Below, piece after piece: positions 1-10,589 of a stretch of 64,000 nt of DNA; position 1 is the stretch's first letter, and each line of letters begins with the position of its first letter. Below the pieces are notes generated by a model, which saw only the letters and a program-made list of their open reading frames with translations, made no database searches and was not told the DNA's origin. The stretch is taken from NCBI GenBank assembly GCA_028534125.1, contig CM052817.1, positions 80,478,001 through 80,542,000 on the forward strand, read 5' to 3'. This DNA comes from Lama glama. Lineage: Eukaryota. Made by a program: the position numbers and the translations under genes.

Positions 1-345
1 GTACATTCACATTTTTGTGTAATCACCACTATCCATTTCTAGAAATTTTTTTGCCATTCCAAATGGAAACTTTATACTCTGCTATGAACATGGATGTATA
101 ATATTCTGTTCAAGTCCTTTTATTTCAATTATTTTGGATATATACCCAGAAGTGGAATAGCTGGATCATGTGGTAATTCTGTTTAATTTTTTGAGGAACC
201 ACCATACTTTTTTCTATAGTGGTTGTACCATTTTACCTTCCCACCAATAGTATGTAAATGTTCCAATTTCTCCACATCCCCACTAACACTTCTAATTTTA
301 AAAAATGCATCCATCTAATGGGTGCATTCTGGTTCTGATTTGCAG
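1..345 (-). mobile_element. L1 (L1MA/L1MB-like) 3' fragment, antisense
   Basis: Typical antisense L1 motifs 'gctatgaacat', 'ttttggatatatacccagaagtggaatagctggatcatgtggtaattctg', 'ttccaatttctccacatcc'. Confidence 0.85.
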
Positions 346-837
346 TTGAAGTCCACAAGTTTCAAACAAGACACTTTTGGTGCCCTCCTTTCTAGCAGGC
401 CCTCACTCTCTGAACTGTCATCATCTATTGTGTCTCTTCAGTTCAGAGCATCACAGCCAGTTGACCAGACTCAGATTTTGTCATTCCGCCTTTAAATACC
501 TTTGGCTAGAAAACACCGATGGCTTCCTCACTCGGCCAAAGCATGTGTCTACCTTCTTTAAAATTCTGTTTGAAATTCATCCCACCATTAAAGTCTTCCC
601 CAAAGGAACCTGGCCTAATCCCACTGTGTATTTTATTTCAGTGTCCCTTAAGCACCGAGGAACAATTAGTACTGGGCTTATTTATATATTCTTTAGCATG
701 TTTTCCAAGTGGGTTTATCCCACCCATTTTAGATTATAAGCTCCATGAGGAAATGGATCCTGGGTAACTTTCTGTGGCAATCCCATTACACCTGCTGTTC
801 TGAGACCGATGTGCAGTGGACATTTATTAAAGTTGCT

Positions 838-886
838 GACTACTACCACCAACATTACCATCATCATCTTCATCATTATTACTACT
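838..886. repeat. Degenerate trinucleotide repeat (TAC/CAC/CAT/TAT)n
   Basis: 'tactaccaccaacattaccatcatcatcttcatcattattactac'; produces the spurious poly-His/Thr/Ile in the ORF track. Confidence 0.7.
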
Positions 887-2089
887 TATTTATGTGCACT
901 ATGGTATTTAAATCCTCCTATGGTATTCTTGAGAGGAAATCTTCATAAATATCTTCGTGTTATAATTTTTTATACGATTTTAATATTTTTTGCAATGTTT
1001 TTCTCGTGCTTATGTGGATGTCAAAAAGGGAGTTCCAATTTTCTTATCTAGGTTTCTGTTTCCTACTTACATGAAACTTTTGCTGTAGACCAGTTTCTCA
1101 ACGTGTTCTCTTGGGGCAGAGGTTTAGTTGTCCTAGGAGAAGTAGACATTTAAACGCTCAATTTCCTGTCCAACACTACTGCTGGTGTGGTAGGCTGACA
1201 CATTCCATATCCCAGTTCTTGGACACAGCCATTTTTAAAAGATGTTCACATTTAGAAATCTGAATGTCATCCTGAGGCCCACCCTGAACTGTCTCAGATC
1301 AGCTGGGCTGTTAGCTGGGCTGTACCCCTCCAAAAAAAAAAAAGTCCAAAAATGATTAGGCTTCCTGTCCTGTGGATTTTGAATTACTGTAATTAGGATC
1401 TCATGTTTGCAGCCACACAGCCAGCAGTGGTCTCTCAGCCTGGGCACTTTCTATTTCAGTTGGTAATTACTCAGTGGTTAAAAAAAAAGAATCACAGATG
1501 AGGGAATTGAGGAAATAGTTTACTTGGTACTGACTCTTTTCGGGGGGTGGGGAAAATAGGGTACACTGTATTTCTAGCTTTCCTTAGACCAAGGCATCTA
1601 GGCTGAATGTAGTAGGGCCCTTGACTTTCCCTGCACTCTTTCCTAGGTGCTTCAGTCAGAGCAGGGAGAGGACTACAGAAGGGAGAGGACTGGGAAGAGG
1701 GGCAGGAGTGTTAAAGTAGGGGGAGGGAGAATTCAATTGTCTTGGGAGGCCAGAGGAAGAAGTTTGAAAAACTGTACCATTAAGAAGGGATTTGATATTC
1801 TTTTAAAAATGACGTGTGTTGAGTTGTGTGTTTTAACTTAAGGTTAACTTCAAATAATAATAAAACACCAGTTGCTGGGTCATCGACTTAGTAGTTACCA
1901 AGAAGGTTTATTGACTGATGTGATGAGTTGAAAAGCAATGCATTCTCTAGTTAGTGTTTGCAGGCAACTATCCTATTTGGAAAAAAGTTTCTCCCCTTCT
2001 CTCTGCCTGTCTCTGTCTCTCTCTTTCTGATTTTACTATGCCTGGGAAAGCTGGTTTTATATTATTAAGAAGTTTGAATTGCATAGCCC

Positions 2090-2540
2090 AGAGTCACTGG
2101 CCCCTTTAAAGGGGACTTTCTCTCTTGTCTTAAGAACAGACCTCGAAAGGAGCCAGATGGTTCCCGTCTGCTGCCTTGAGTCAATGCACTTCCTCCCACA
2201 GACGGGAGCCCTTTTGCCCTCCTTCCTCCCCAGCCCCCCCTCCCCACCCCCCACCTCGGGGCCTCTCTGTTTTGTCGCTAGAAATAATCTTTTATTGCCC
2301 AGTTGTTCGGAAGTGACCTTTTGCCCTTGATTAGATAGCAGCAGGATCCATCGCCGGATTGCTTTTGAGCTGGCAGTTGCTTTTTTGTGTCGGCTGATCC
2401 GGTGTCAGGGAGAACAATGCGGGGCTTTGCAGAATTTTAGTACAGCTCAGGCCTGGAGTGGAATAGGTGGGGGCGGGGAGGTGGGGGTTATATAAAGCGG
2501 CCCGCGGCTCCTGCTTGCAAAAATATCTTTCCTCTGGTAA
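2090..2540 (+). promoter_or_regulatory. Promoter-like element (GC box + TATA, AP-1, ETS, KLF-type, DR2)
   Basis: GGGGGCGGGG 2469-2478 followed by TATATAAAG 2489-2497; TGAGTCA 2177-2183; CACTTCCT 2187-2194; C-run/CACCC tract 2228-2252; TGACCT-TT-TGCCCT 2314-2327; locally raised CpG content; no recognisable repeats. Confidence 0.55.
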
Positions 2541-3296
2541 ACTGGAAAACAAATGGTATATTTTTAAATTGGTTTGTACATATTTAACTCACTCCTGTTT
2601 AATAACCATGCCTTTCAGAGGAAGATTCCTTCAGGATTTCACTTATAGTACTTAAGTATGTTAATATACTGTTAAAGTGACTTGAGGGTATAGTCTTACA
2701 TTAGAATATTAATCAAACGTCCTATTGAATTTTTCAGAGAGAGTTTTCCAGAAGGTCCCAATTATTCTAAGTAACAAGTGTAATAAACCATGAAATAGAG
2801 AATGTGCTTAAATCACTAAAAGCTAACTCATTTTTTATTTTAAAAATTAGGGAAAATGTCCATGACTTTACTTGCTTCCTGGATTAAAGGAATTTGTGAT
2901 TTTGTATCTTTCATAATAGTTCTCAAATTCTTTGGATTTCAAATTCCCAGGAATATCTACTAGAATTAGTAGAGTGGGTGAGTTTAAAATTTTTGTTTTA
3001 AAACCTTCAGTTTCATTCTCGAGTTGAACATTCTGTTAAATAGGTTTGGGAAACTTAGGGGATTCATTTTGAAGTTTATTAATGTATTATTCATATCTGA
3101 AATCTTGAAGTTTCCTAGCCCTCAACCTGAGCGGGGAGAAATGTCTTCTCTTAAGCACTCCTACCTTCCTACCACCCAGGCAACTCTAAATTTTTATTTT
3201 AGGTGATTCTTAATGCTAATGGCCATACTGTTCTTAACTCTTGGCCTGCCAGTGGTGGTGGCTTAAAATGAATGCCACTTCTCTGCTTTATTTCAG

Positions 3297-3464
3297 GTGG
3301 TCTGGTCCATTTCTTGTTTCAGAGATTTGTCGTGGTGGGTAGTGATACCTGAGACATTACTGCAACTGTTTTCCAGTGTCAATGGAGAGATTATCTTTCT
3401 ACACAGTGTGGAAATATGTACATCAGCCTTCACCACAAAGGAAGTTAGAGATGTGAAGTGGAGA
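3297..3464 (+). other. Candidate non-coding (5' UTR/lncRNA) exon
   Basis: Strong acceptor 'cttctctgctttatttcag|G' ending at 3296; donor 'AGA|gtgagt' at 3465 with overlapping 'gtaagt' at 3469; ~0.8 kb downstream of the promoter-like element; translation not recognisable. Confidence 0.45.
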
Positions 3465-4822
3465 GTGAGTAAGTATTACCGGTTATAGATGAAGCAGCAG
3501 GAACTGGTTTTTAAAAGAGCAATGGATAGTGTTGATCACATTTTAGCAGACAGGATAAACAGTTTGCCAGAATAAGTTGCCATTTGGTGGATTTCCCTGG
3601 TTGAGCCTAGAAGTTGAGTGGGAATGACCAAGGGAAGATGGTTGCTGAGATGTCACTGAGGGAAACGAAAACAGGCCATTGACCTGTTTGTGGATTTCCT
3701 TTGGTTTCAACCATCGGTCTGTTAGCAGGGGCAGACCTCTGAATATCTCTAGAGAGGTGATGGTAAGTCTGAGTGGTAGCATTTGAGTTTTTTTAAAAAG
3801 ACCAGTAGATGATTCCAAGTTCTTTTTCCACTTTTTTTTTTCCCCAAAGAAGGGCATCCTCAGCTCCAGTACTATTTTGAGAATTGGACAGACTGCGTGA
3901 GTGACAGGGGAGAATATTGGAAGGTTCCTCAAGGGCCTTTGAGTGAGTAGCAAAGGAAACGCTGAGTCTGTTCATCACTGTGGCTTGTAGAAGACAGACT
4001 GGGTCATAGTACTGCTTATCTTACTTTATTTTCTTTAAACCCCTTGTATCTGAAATAAGGAAACTTCTCTTTTTATTTACTTAATGGAGATGTTGTAGAA
4101 ACTAAGAGTTTCATAAATAGAATAGTAAATTCTTTACGAGAGGAATTTAGCTTACACAGGAACTTAAAAAAGACTAGAGAGGCTAGAATTCAGCAGACCA
4201 AGATCCTTCTGTTGATTATGTTTTGAAAAGACTAAAACCTTTCCCCTGACTCACACTACTGTTAAAATAGTGGGTGAGATGTATATGATATTCCTGACAA
4301 CCCCCACTGTAGCAACAGAGACGAAAACAAGCTAGCAAATGAAAAGAACTATGTGGTCATAGTATTCAAGCCAACAAATATTTATTAATTACCTCAATAT
4401 TAGGACAGCAATGATATAAAAAGTTTAAATAGGTGGTAAAGCTGTAAATTATATTCTTTTGCTGTCATGCCCAGAAAGCTGACTTTCTGCACATTTAACA
4501 TAGCGATGTCTACTTTTGACTTTTATAAGAAATGACATATGAATGCAAAGATAAAATTATACTTTCACTGAAAAGTAACTTACTAGCAAATTATTAATGA
4601 GGTTAACCTTAAGGAGGGCATAAAAGCTTGGTAATAAAGGCCACAGAGCATATTTACTGATTATTATGTATATAATCACAAAAAAGTCTTTAAAGCAAGC
4701 CAAAGTAGATTCTTTTGATTAGGAAGAAAATTAAAACTCACTCTTAAAAAATTGATTGAAAGTAGGAGCATGAATTAAAAATAAAAGCATGGTAAAATAT
4801 CTTATAGAAATGGCAGCCTTCA

Positions 4823-5351
4823 TGGCAGATGACTGGATAAAGAAGTTGTGATATATTTATACAAAGGAATACTACTCAGCCTAAAAAATGATAAAATAAT
4901 GCCATTTGCAACAACATGGATAGACCTGAAGATTGTCAATCTAAGAGAGGTAAGCTGGAAAGAGAAAGAAATAAACCATATGATATCACTTATATGTGAA
5001 CTCTAAAAAAAACCCCAAAGACAGACAAACTTATTTACAAAACAGAAACGGACCCACAGACAGAAAATAGACTTACGGTTACTGGGGCAGGAGGGTGGAA
5101 AGAGATAAACTGGGAGTTCGAGATTTGTAGATACTGCCTAGTATATATAAAAAAGATAAGCAACAAGTTCATGCTGTCTAGCACAGGAAACTATGTTCAA
5201 TATCTTATAGTAATTTATGGTGAAAAATCATATGAAAATGAGTACATGTATGTTCATACATGACTGAAGCATTTATGCTGTACACCAGGAATTGACACAA
5301 CATAGTAAACTCACAATACTTCAGTAAAAATGTATATATACAGGGCCAAAA
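4823..5351 (+). mobile_element. 5'-truncated young camelid/cetartiodactyl L1 (ORF2 end + 3' UTR) with TSD
   Basis: L1 motifs 'ggaatactactcagcc', 'atgccatttgcaacaacatggatagacct', 'gctgtacaccagga'; 15-bp TSD aaatggcagccttca (4808-4822) / aaagggcagccttca (5352-5366), 1 mismatch. Confidence 0.92.
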
Positions 5352-6169
5352 AAAGGGCAGCCTTCAGCTAATTAACTGGATATTAGTTTTGTCAGGAAAT
5401 AAAAAAAGCATTTGTTGGATTATTATATGCCAATATTTCCTAGTGTTTAATTTCACTTATGCCACTCTACAATTGAGTTTCACTCCCTTGGCTGAACTGG
5501 ATGTCTGAAGTTCTTCTAAATCCTTTAGCTGTGCAGTTCTAGATTTCTCTGTCTTCACCCCTCTGACCTTGGTCTTAGTGACATCAGGGTCTCTGCCTCT
5601 TTATGTAACTCAGCCCACACATTCACAGGGGTCTCTCTTCAGTACTGTACTTTCTGTCACCCATTAAGGCTAATGACTTCCAAAGCCCCAGTCCTTGTCC
5701 TCTTTCCTCTTCCTCTCCTATCACTCCTTTGTGGTCTTCAGAAATAAAGTTCATGACCATCTTAACTCAAATGGCCTTCAGCTTTCCTTCACCTCCTTGC
5801 CCTTCCAAGTGCCTTATATCCTACTCTGAGGATAGTACTGCTCAGATATTCTATTGATGACTAAGAGAAAGCATCTTTAAACTTACATCCCCACATGAAC
5901 CTGTTCTTTCTTACCACCATAATTGTTTATTGGGTGACTTTGCAAAGGGTATTAACTTGCTGGGTAGAGGTGGGGGAAAGAAGAACCAACACAAACTTGT
6001 TGGCTCATAGATAAAAATCCTCAAAAGATTGGAGAGGACTTGGTGGATGACGAAATCTAGGGAGAGAGAGAGAGATGTAGCTCCTTCGTGGAACTTGTTC
6101 CTCTCATTTAAAGGAAAGAACCCAAGGTGAAAGTGGAGGGTCACTTCCTTTGTTCAAGCCCTAATTGGA

Positions 6170-6310
6170 CCTCTGACCACATAAAACTCTCTAAACCTCA
6201 GTTTCTCCTTTGCCAAGGGGTTTTACTCCCTCACTTTTGTGGCTAACATGAGATGAAATACATGAAAAGGCCACGAGGTACTAAGCAATATAAATAGAAG
6301 TTAATTATAC
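6170..6310 (+). mobile_element. MIR fragment
   Basis: MIR core 'ctctctaaacctcagtttctcctttg...atgagatgaaatacatgaaaag'. Confidence 0.65.
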
Positions 6311-6379
6311 TGTAATGATTCTGTTGGGGATGTGTGGTTGCTACAGTTGCCACGAGAACATGTGTCCATGGTTATAGTG

Positions 6380-6552
6380 AAGTGTTTATCTGTTCGTCTG
6401 TTTATTGTCGTTCTCCCCCACTAGATTGTAAACTCCGTTGGAGGAAGGGCCACGTGTGCTTTGTTAACCACTGTAATCCTCTTACGTAGTACAGATTCTG
6501 GCTCTGGAAGGCGCTTGACAAATATTTATTTGTTGGGTGGATGGATGGATGA
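6380..6552 (+). mobile_element. L2 3' end
   Basis: 'ctcccccactagattgtaaactcc...gaagggcc...tgctttgttaaccactgtaatcc...aaatatttatttgttgggtggatggatggatga'. Confidence 0.85.
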
Positions 6553-7559
6553 GGATTAATAATAGCCCCAAGAAAATTCACTTTGTGAAGTCCAAAAGGA
6601 TATCAGAAAATCCACGCACTAAAGCTTATGAACATTAATATTTGTAGGATTTCTCAAACCTTCATTCCAACTCGAAGTTTATTTTAGAGACAGTTTTAAC
6701 AAACCTGGCTTTTTAGTTCCCAGAGTTATGTGAAGCTGGAGGCTGACAATTAGGAGTTGCTAGGGAGGAATCCAAGGGGACACTGTTACCAGCAAGAAAT
6801 GACAGTCAACAACCTGAGTGAGTTAAGAAATGGAAAACTGCTATAGAAACTCTAAAAATGGGGCAGTCTGGGACCACTTGGTCTATATCAAATGGAATGT
6901 TGTGCTCATAAAAGCTTTGTGAGCTGTGCAGCATCACACAGATGCATGGTGTTACCTAAGGGAGAGCAGCCTCCCTGCTCCATTGTATAGTGATGGAAGC
7001 TCATATTCCTGAGCCATCAAAAACTTAAATTAGGTTTATTTTCCTAAACAAGGGTCAGGAGTATGTAGGTCACTTTAGATTTAGGCAGATTTCTCTCAAA
7101 ATGGTCAAAGTAAATAAAATTGAAATGCCTTATTTCTGATAATGCTATATAAATGAGGTATTATTTTATTCACTAAACCAATGTTATTTTCTAGATATAT
7201 CCAAATCAACCACATTCTAAAAGTTAGGAAGTTATATTTTCTGTCTATTAAAACATCCTCAAGGCCAGCAGATGTAGACACTGATAAATTAGAACTAATA
7301 TATGAAAAGAATCAGTCATTTTGCTACGTCAAGCTAGCCAGCAGCTTAACTGGTCTAAGTTAGTGAGGCTTCATTTTTGCCACACATTATATTTTTTTGG
7401 TGTCTGGGTTATGCCTTAATAGTAACTTAGGCATTTAGGATGTTGAATATACTTTGGTGGTGCTAGGTAGCTAGATTTATATGGTCATAGGGAGGATGGA
7501 GTTCCTTTAGTCTAATACTCAATGCGTGGCAAATTTTGAGAGCTTAAGGTCAACTTTCA

Positions 7560-7680
7560 ATTTCACTGATTTCAAAAAAGTATTTACTGATCATGCACTA
7601 CAAGCCAGGTGGCACTGGAGACAGGTGTTGATGGGTACAGTATTCCTTCTCTCAGATTTGATACTCTCACATGGAGAAAA
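7560..7680 (-). mobile_element. L2 3' end, antisense
   Basis: 'ttcaaaaaagtatttactgatcatgcactacaagccagg...ggcactggaga'. Confidence 0.55.
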
Positions 7681-9689
7681 ACCATCTCTGAATCCATGAA
7701 CTTTAAACTCTAATGGTCTTTAGAAGAAAATGACACGTATTACCATTAGTAAGAGTGAACAAAGAATAATTTTAAATGATTCAAAATCCTCAGCCTAACA
7801 TAAACGAGTCTGAACTACAAAATATGTCACATTATTGTACATGTTAGAGAAGTAACACTGATCCTTAAGAAAATATTTCAATTTTATTTGTTGGTATTTT
7901 TTTCTGATTATTTTGGATTATAGTGACTTTTTAAAATAGGAAGTTTATAATTACTAAATTCTCTTAAATTAAAAAAAACTTATTAAGGAATCCATGTATA
8001 GTTAGGTATAAAAAATGCAGATGAAAGTAATTGCAGAAATGACATTTTTGTCAAACAAATTTTAATATACATTTGTTTTTTAAATTTAAAAAACATTTTT
8101 CTCTGTTTTGAATCTTTAAAGTAGGTCAATTCCAAGTGAAACTTTTGAAAGTCTTTTAAAAAAAGCAGTTCTAAATCTCGTAAGTTAAGTTTTTAATGTC
8201 CTGGGTTGCTCAAAAACATTAAATCAGCCAAGAGCAAAAGAAAACCATTCAGAATGGACAGTGGTATCTGATAAAATGTTAATTTCCTAAATTGAAAAAA
8301 AGTTTTGCTACATCAGATAGTAGGCGATACCTACTGCTCAACGTCAGAGAGAGGAGCCCACACATGTGCCATTCCGGGAGAGCTGCCAGCACTGCAGTCA
8401 CCACTGGGAGCAAGTAAAGGGCATGATTAAAAGATTCGCTTGTAGTGTTGCTCACCAGGAGTAATTTGTATATCCGGTAAGCAGACATCAACAAACCCAA
8501 CTCCCTCATTGATATTTTTGCCCTCTTCCATTCTCTCTGATCCCATTAACCTCAAAGGTGTGCTGGCCTGTGGCAGCTAGTTTTTCAGTCTCTGTGGGCA
8601 TATTTGGATGTCTGATTTAAGCACACACACTCTGAGCCCTTCCGCTCCACCCCACCACCTCAGCTACAACAAACAAATGCCTCCTCCAAGCCTCGATCAC
8701 AATCTTCAGTTGTTTCTACCTAAAAGTTGTATAAAATGCTTTGGGTGAGATGATGTGTTTTTCAGTCACAAAGTAGGTGGGATGGAAAAGATGACCACAA
8801 TGAACAGGCCGGGTGGACTGATAGTGGCAAACACTGCCCTCCCAGAGGTGAGCAGAAGCGAGGAATATTTTATGAATACGTTCAGAGAAAAGACCCACAA
8901 CAAGGGAAATGGCTTTGTTAAGTAACTAGAACGAAGAAATTGTGGTGACGTTAGGATGGCAAAAGTACAGAATGACTTTTTTAAAAAAAGACATCTGAAG
9001 GAAGATGAAAGAAAAACTGACTTAGTGAAGAATAAAGGGGAAAAGTTAAACAAACGCAGGCTGACGGAGGAGCCCGGTTTGCACACGGCTCTGAGGGGGA
9101 AGAGTGAGCTAATGAGCATTCACTGTTACATGTAAACTGCCGGGTGACGCACCAGGGCACTGCTGTTAGTCACAAAGGAGAAGTTATGGTACATCTTTCA
9201 GGCTTGGAAGGTCCTGCTGGAGCCCATGCTCTGTGCCAGGCTCCCTTGTGAGAGGCAGTCGGCAAACCTATTTATAGAGTCATTTTTTTGCTGTGAGAAA
9301 TTGGCCCTGTGGTACGAGGACTTCCCCCTCCTCCTGGGCACCCTGGAGACAGACAAGGCGGTGTTGCACGGCTGTGCAGCACCCTTGTGTTCCTCTCTCC
9401 AGTCATGTTTTCTGACACAAGAGGTACTGGGGACACTTCTGAGTCCATCTAAAATCTGCATCTCTAGGGGATAAGGAAGTCTAACTCTAATGAAGGCAGG
9501 TTCAGTAGCTCAGTTTTATTTCTGAGCAAAATAATGCAACCATTCTGAGGAGGAGTTTTGTACACTTTAACTTCCTTTTTAACTTCAAGAAGCCCGAAGT
9601 CCTTTCCAGAACACCACAGCCCGTCATTTGAAACCACTGTACCTCTGTAATACACATAAGTTAAAGATTAGTAACAAAGATGGAAAGCA

Positions 9690-10250
9690 CGGGCTTAGGA
9701 CTGGACAAACGCAGGCTCAAGGCCAGCACTTGCAGGGGACGGTACCTACTTCCAGTGCTGCCCTTAGACCTGGGCACCCTGGCCCTATCCTGGCACACTG
9801 GCCTGCCCCACCTTAGAGGGCCTTGCTCTGTCCTTTCTCTGACCCCCTCTTCCCATGTGGCTGGGAGCCTGTGGTCCAAGGGGACATGGCCACTCTCCCA
9901 CTGCCTGTGCCTCTCCATATTCTGGGTACCTTGGACCCAAACAGTGGGGCCTGCCTTCAGGCAGGTATGGGACTCTTTCTCAGGTCTGTCTTCAGAGGGT
10001 AGACAATGGTATGGTAATGCTGCCATCAAGGGAAGCGGTCACTCGAGGTCCCGGTACCTCTGTTTAAAAAAAAGGAAAGGGTCAGAAGAGGGGGTTGAAA
10101 TAGATGGAACTGGGATGTGGGGGGTTGCAATGTCCACACTCATGTGTGAGATGCCTAAGGTAGATCTTGTCCCCTGCAAGTGCCAGAGAGTTGGGTGTGG
10201 GAAAGAGCCCTCCATTTGTACTCTGGACCACACCTGCAGATGTTGGAAGT
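9690..10250. mobile_element. Probable degenerate DNA-transposon relic (hAT-Tip100, Zaphod/MER115-like)
   Basis: GC-rich block with a perfect 15-bp inverted repeat (9726-9740 / 10169-10183) and 'tgtccacactcatgtgtgag...gagttgggtgtgggaa', recalled as Zaphod/MER115-like. Confidence 0.35.
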
Positions 10251-10259
10251 GGCTTGTCC

Positions 10260-10350
10260 ATCTAATGAAATTATTGTGATGTTTAAATGAACTAATGTAT
10301 GTAAAGTGCTCTGCACAGAGATTGGTAGACCATGGACATTCAGTATGTTT
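10260..10350 (+). mobile_element. MIR 3' end
   Basis: 'tattgtgatgtttaaatgaactaatgtatgtaaagtgctctgcacagag'. Confidence 0.7.
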
Positions 10351-10589
10351 GGTTCAGGGATAGTCTCTGTTCTAAATTAAACTTGACTTAGCCTCCTCTA
10401 AATTCCCATGAAAAACATGTAACCAGAGGCTCAAAGTAAAATGAAACCTGTATAGCAACACTGAAAGATAAGACTAGTAGCCATCTTATTATCAGAATCT
10501 GGGGGGAATATATAAATAATAGGAAACTGAAGCAGAACAGAGAATCAAAATGTGTGTTTTGGGTCACTGATAAAAAGCACAATCTGCCC

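Noticed and set aside
745..948. Poly-histidine peptide
   Set aside because: Translation of a degenerate trinucleotide repeat.
9680..10279. 199-aa ORF as a protein-coding gene
   Set aside because: No recognisable domain or splice structure; several overlapping ORFs on both strands reflect GC-rich, probably transposon-derived DNA.
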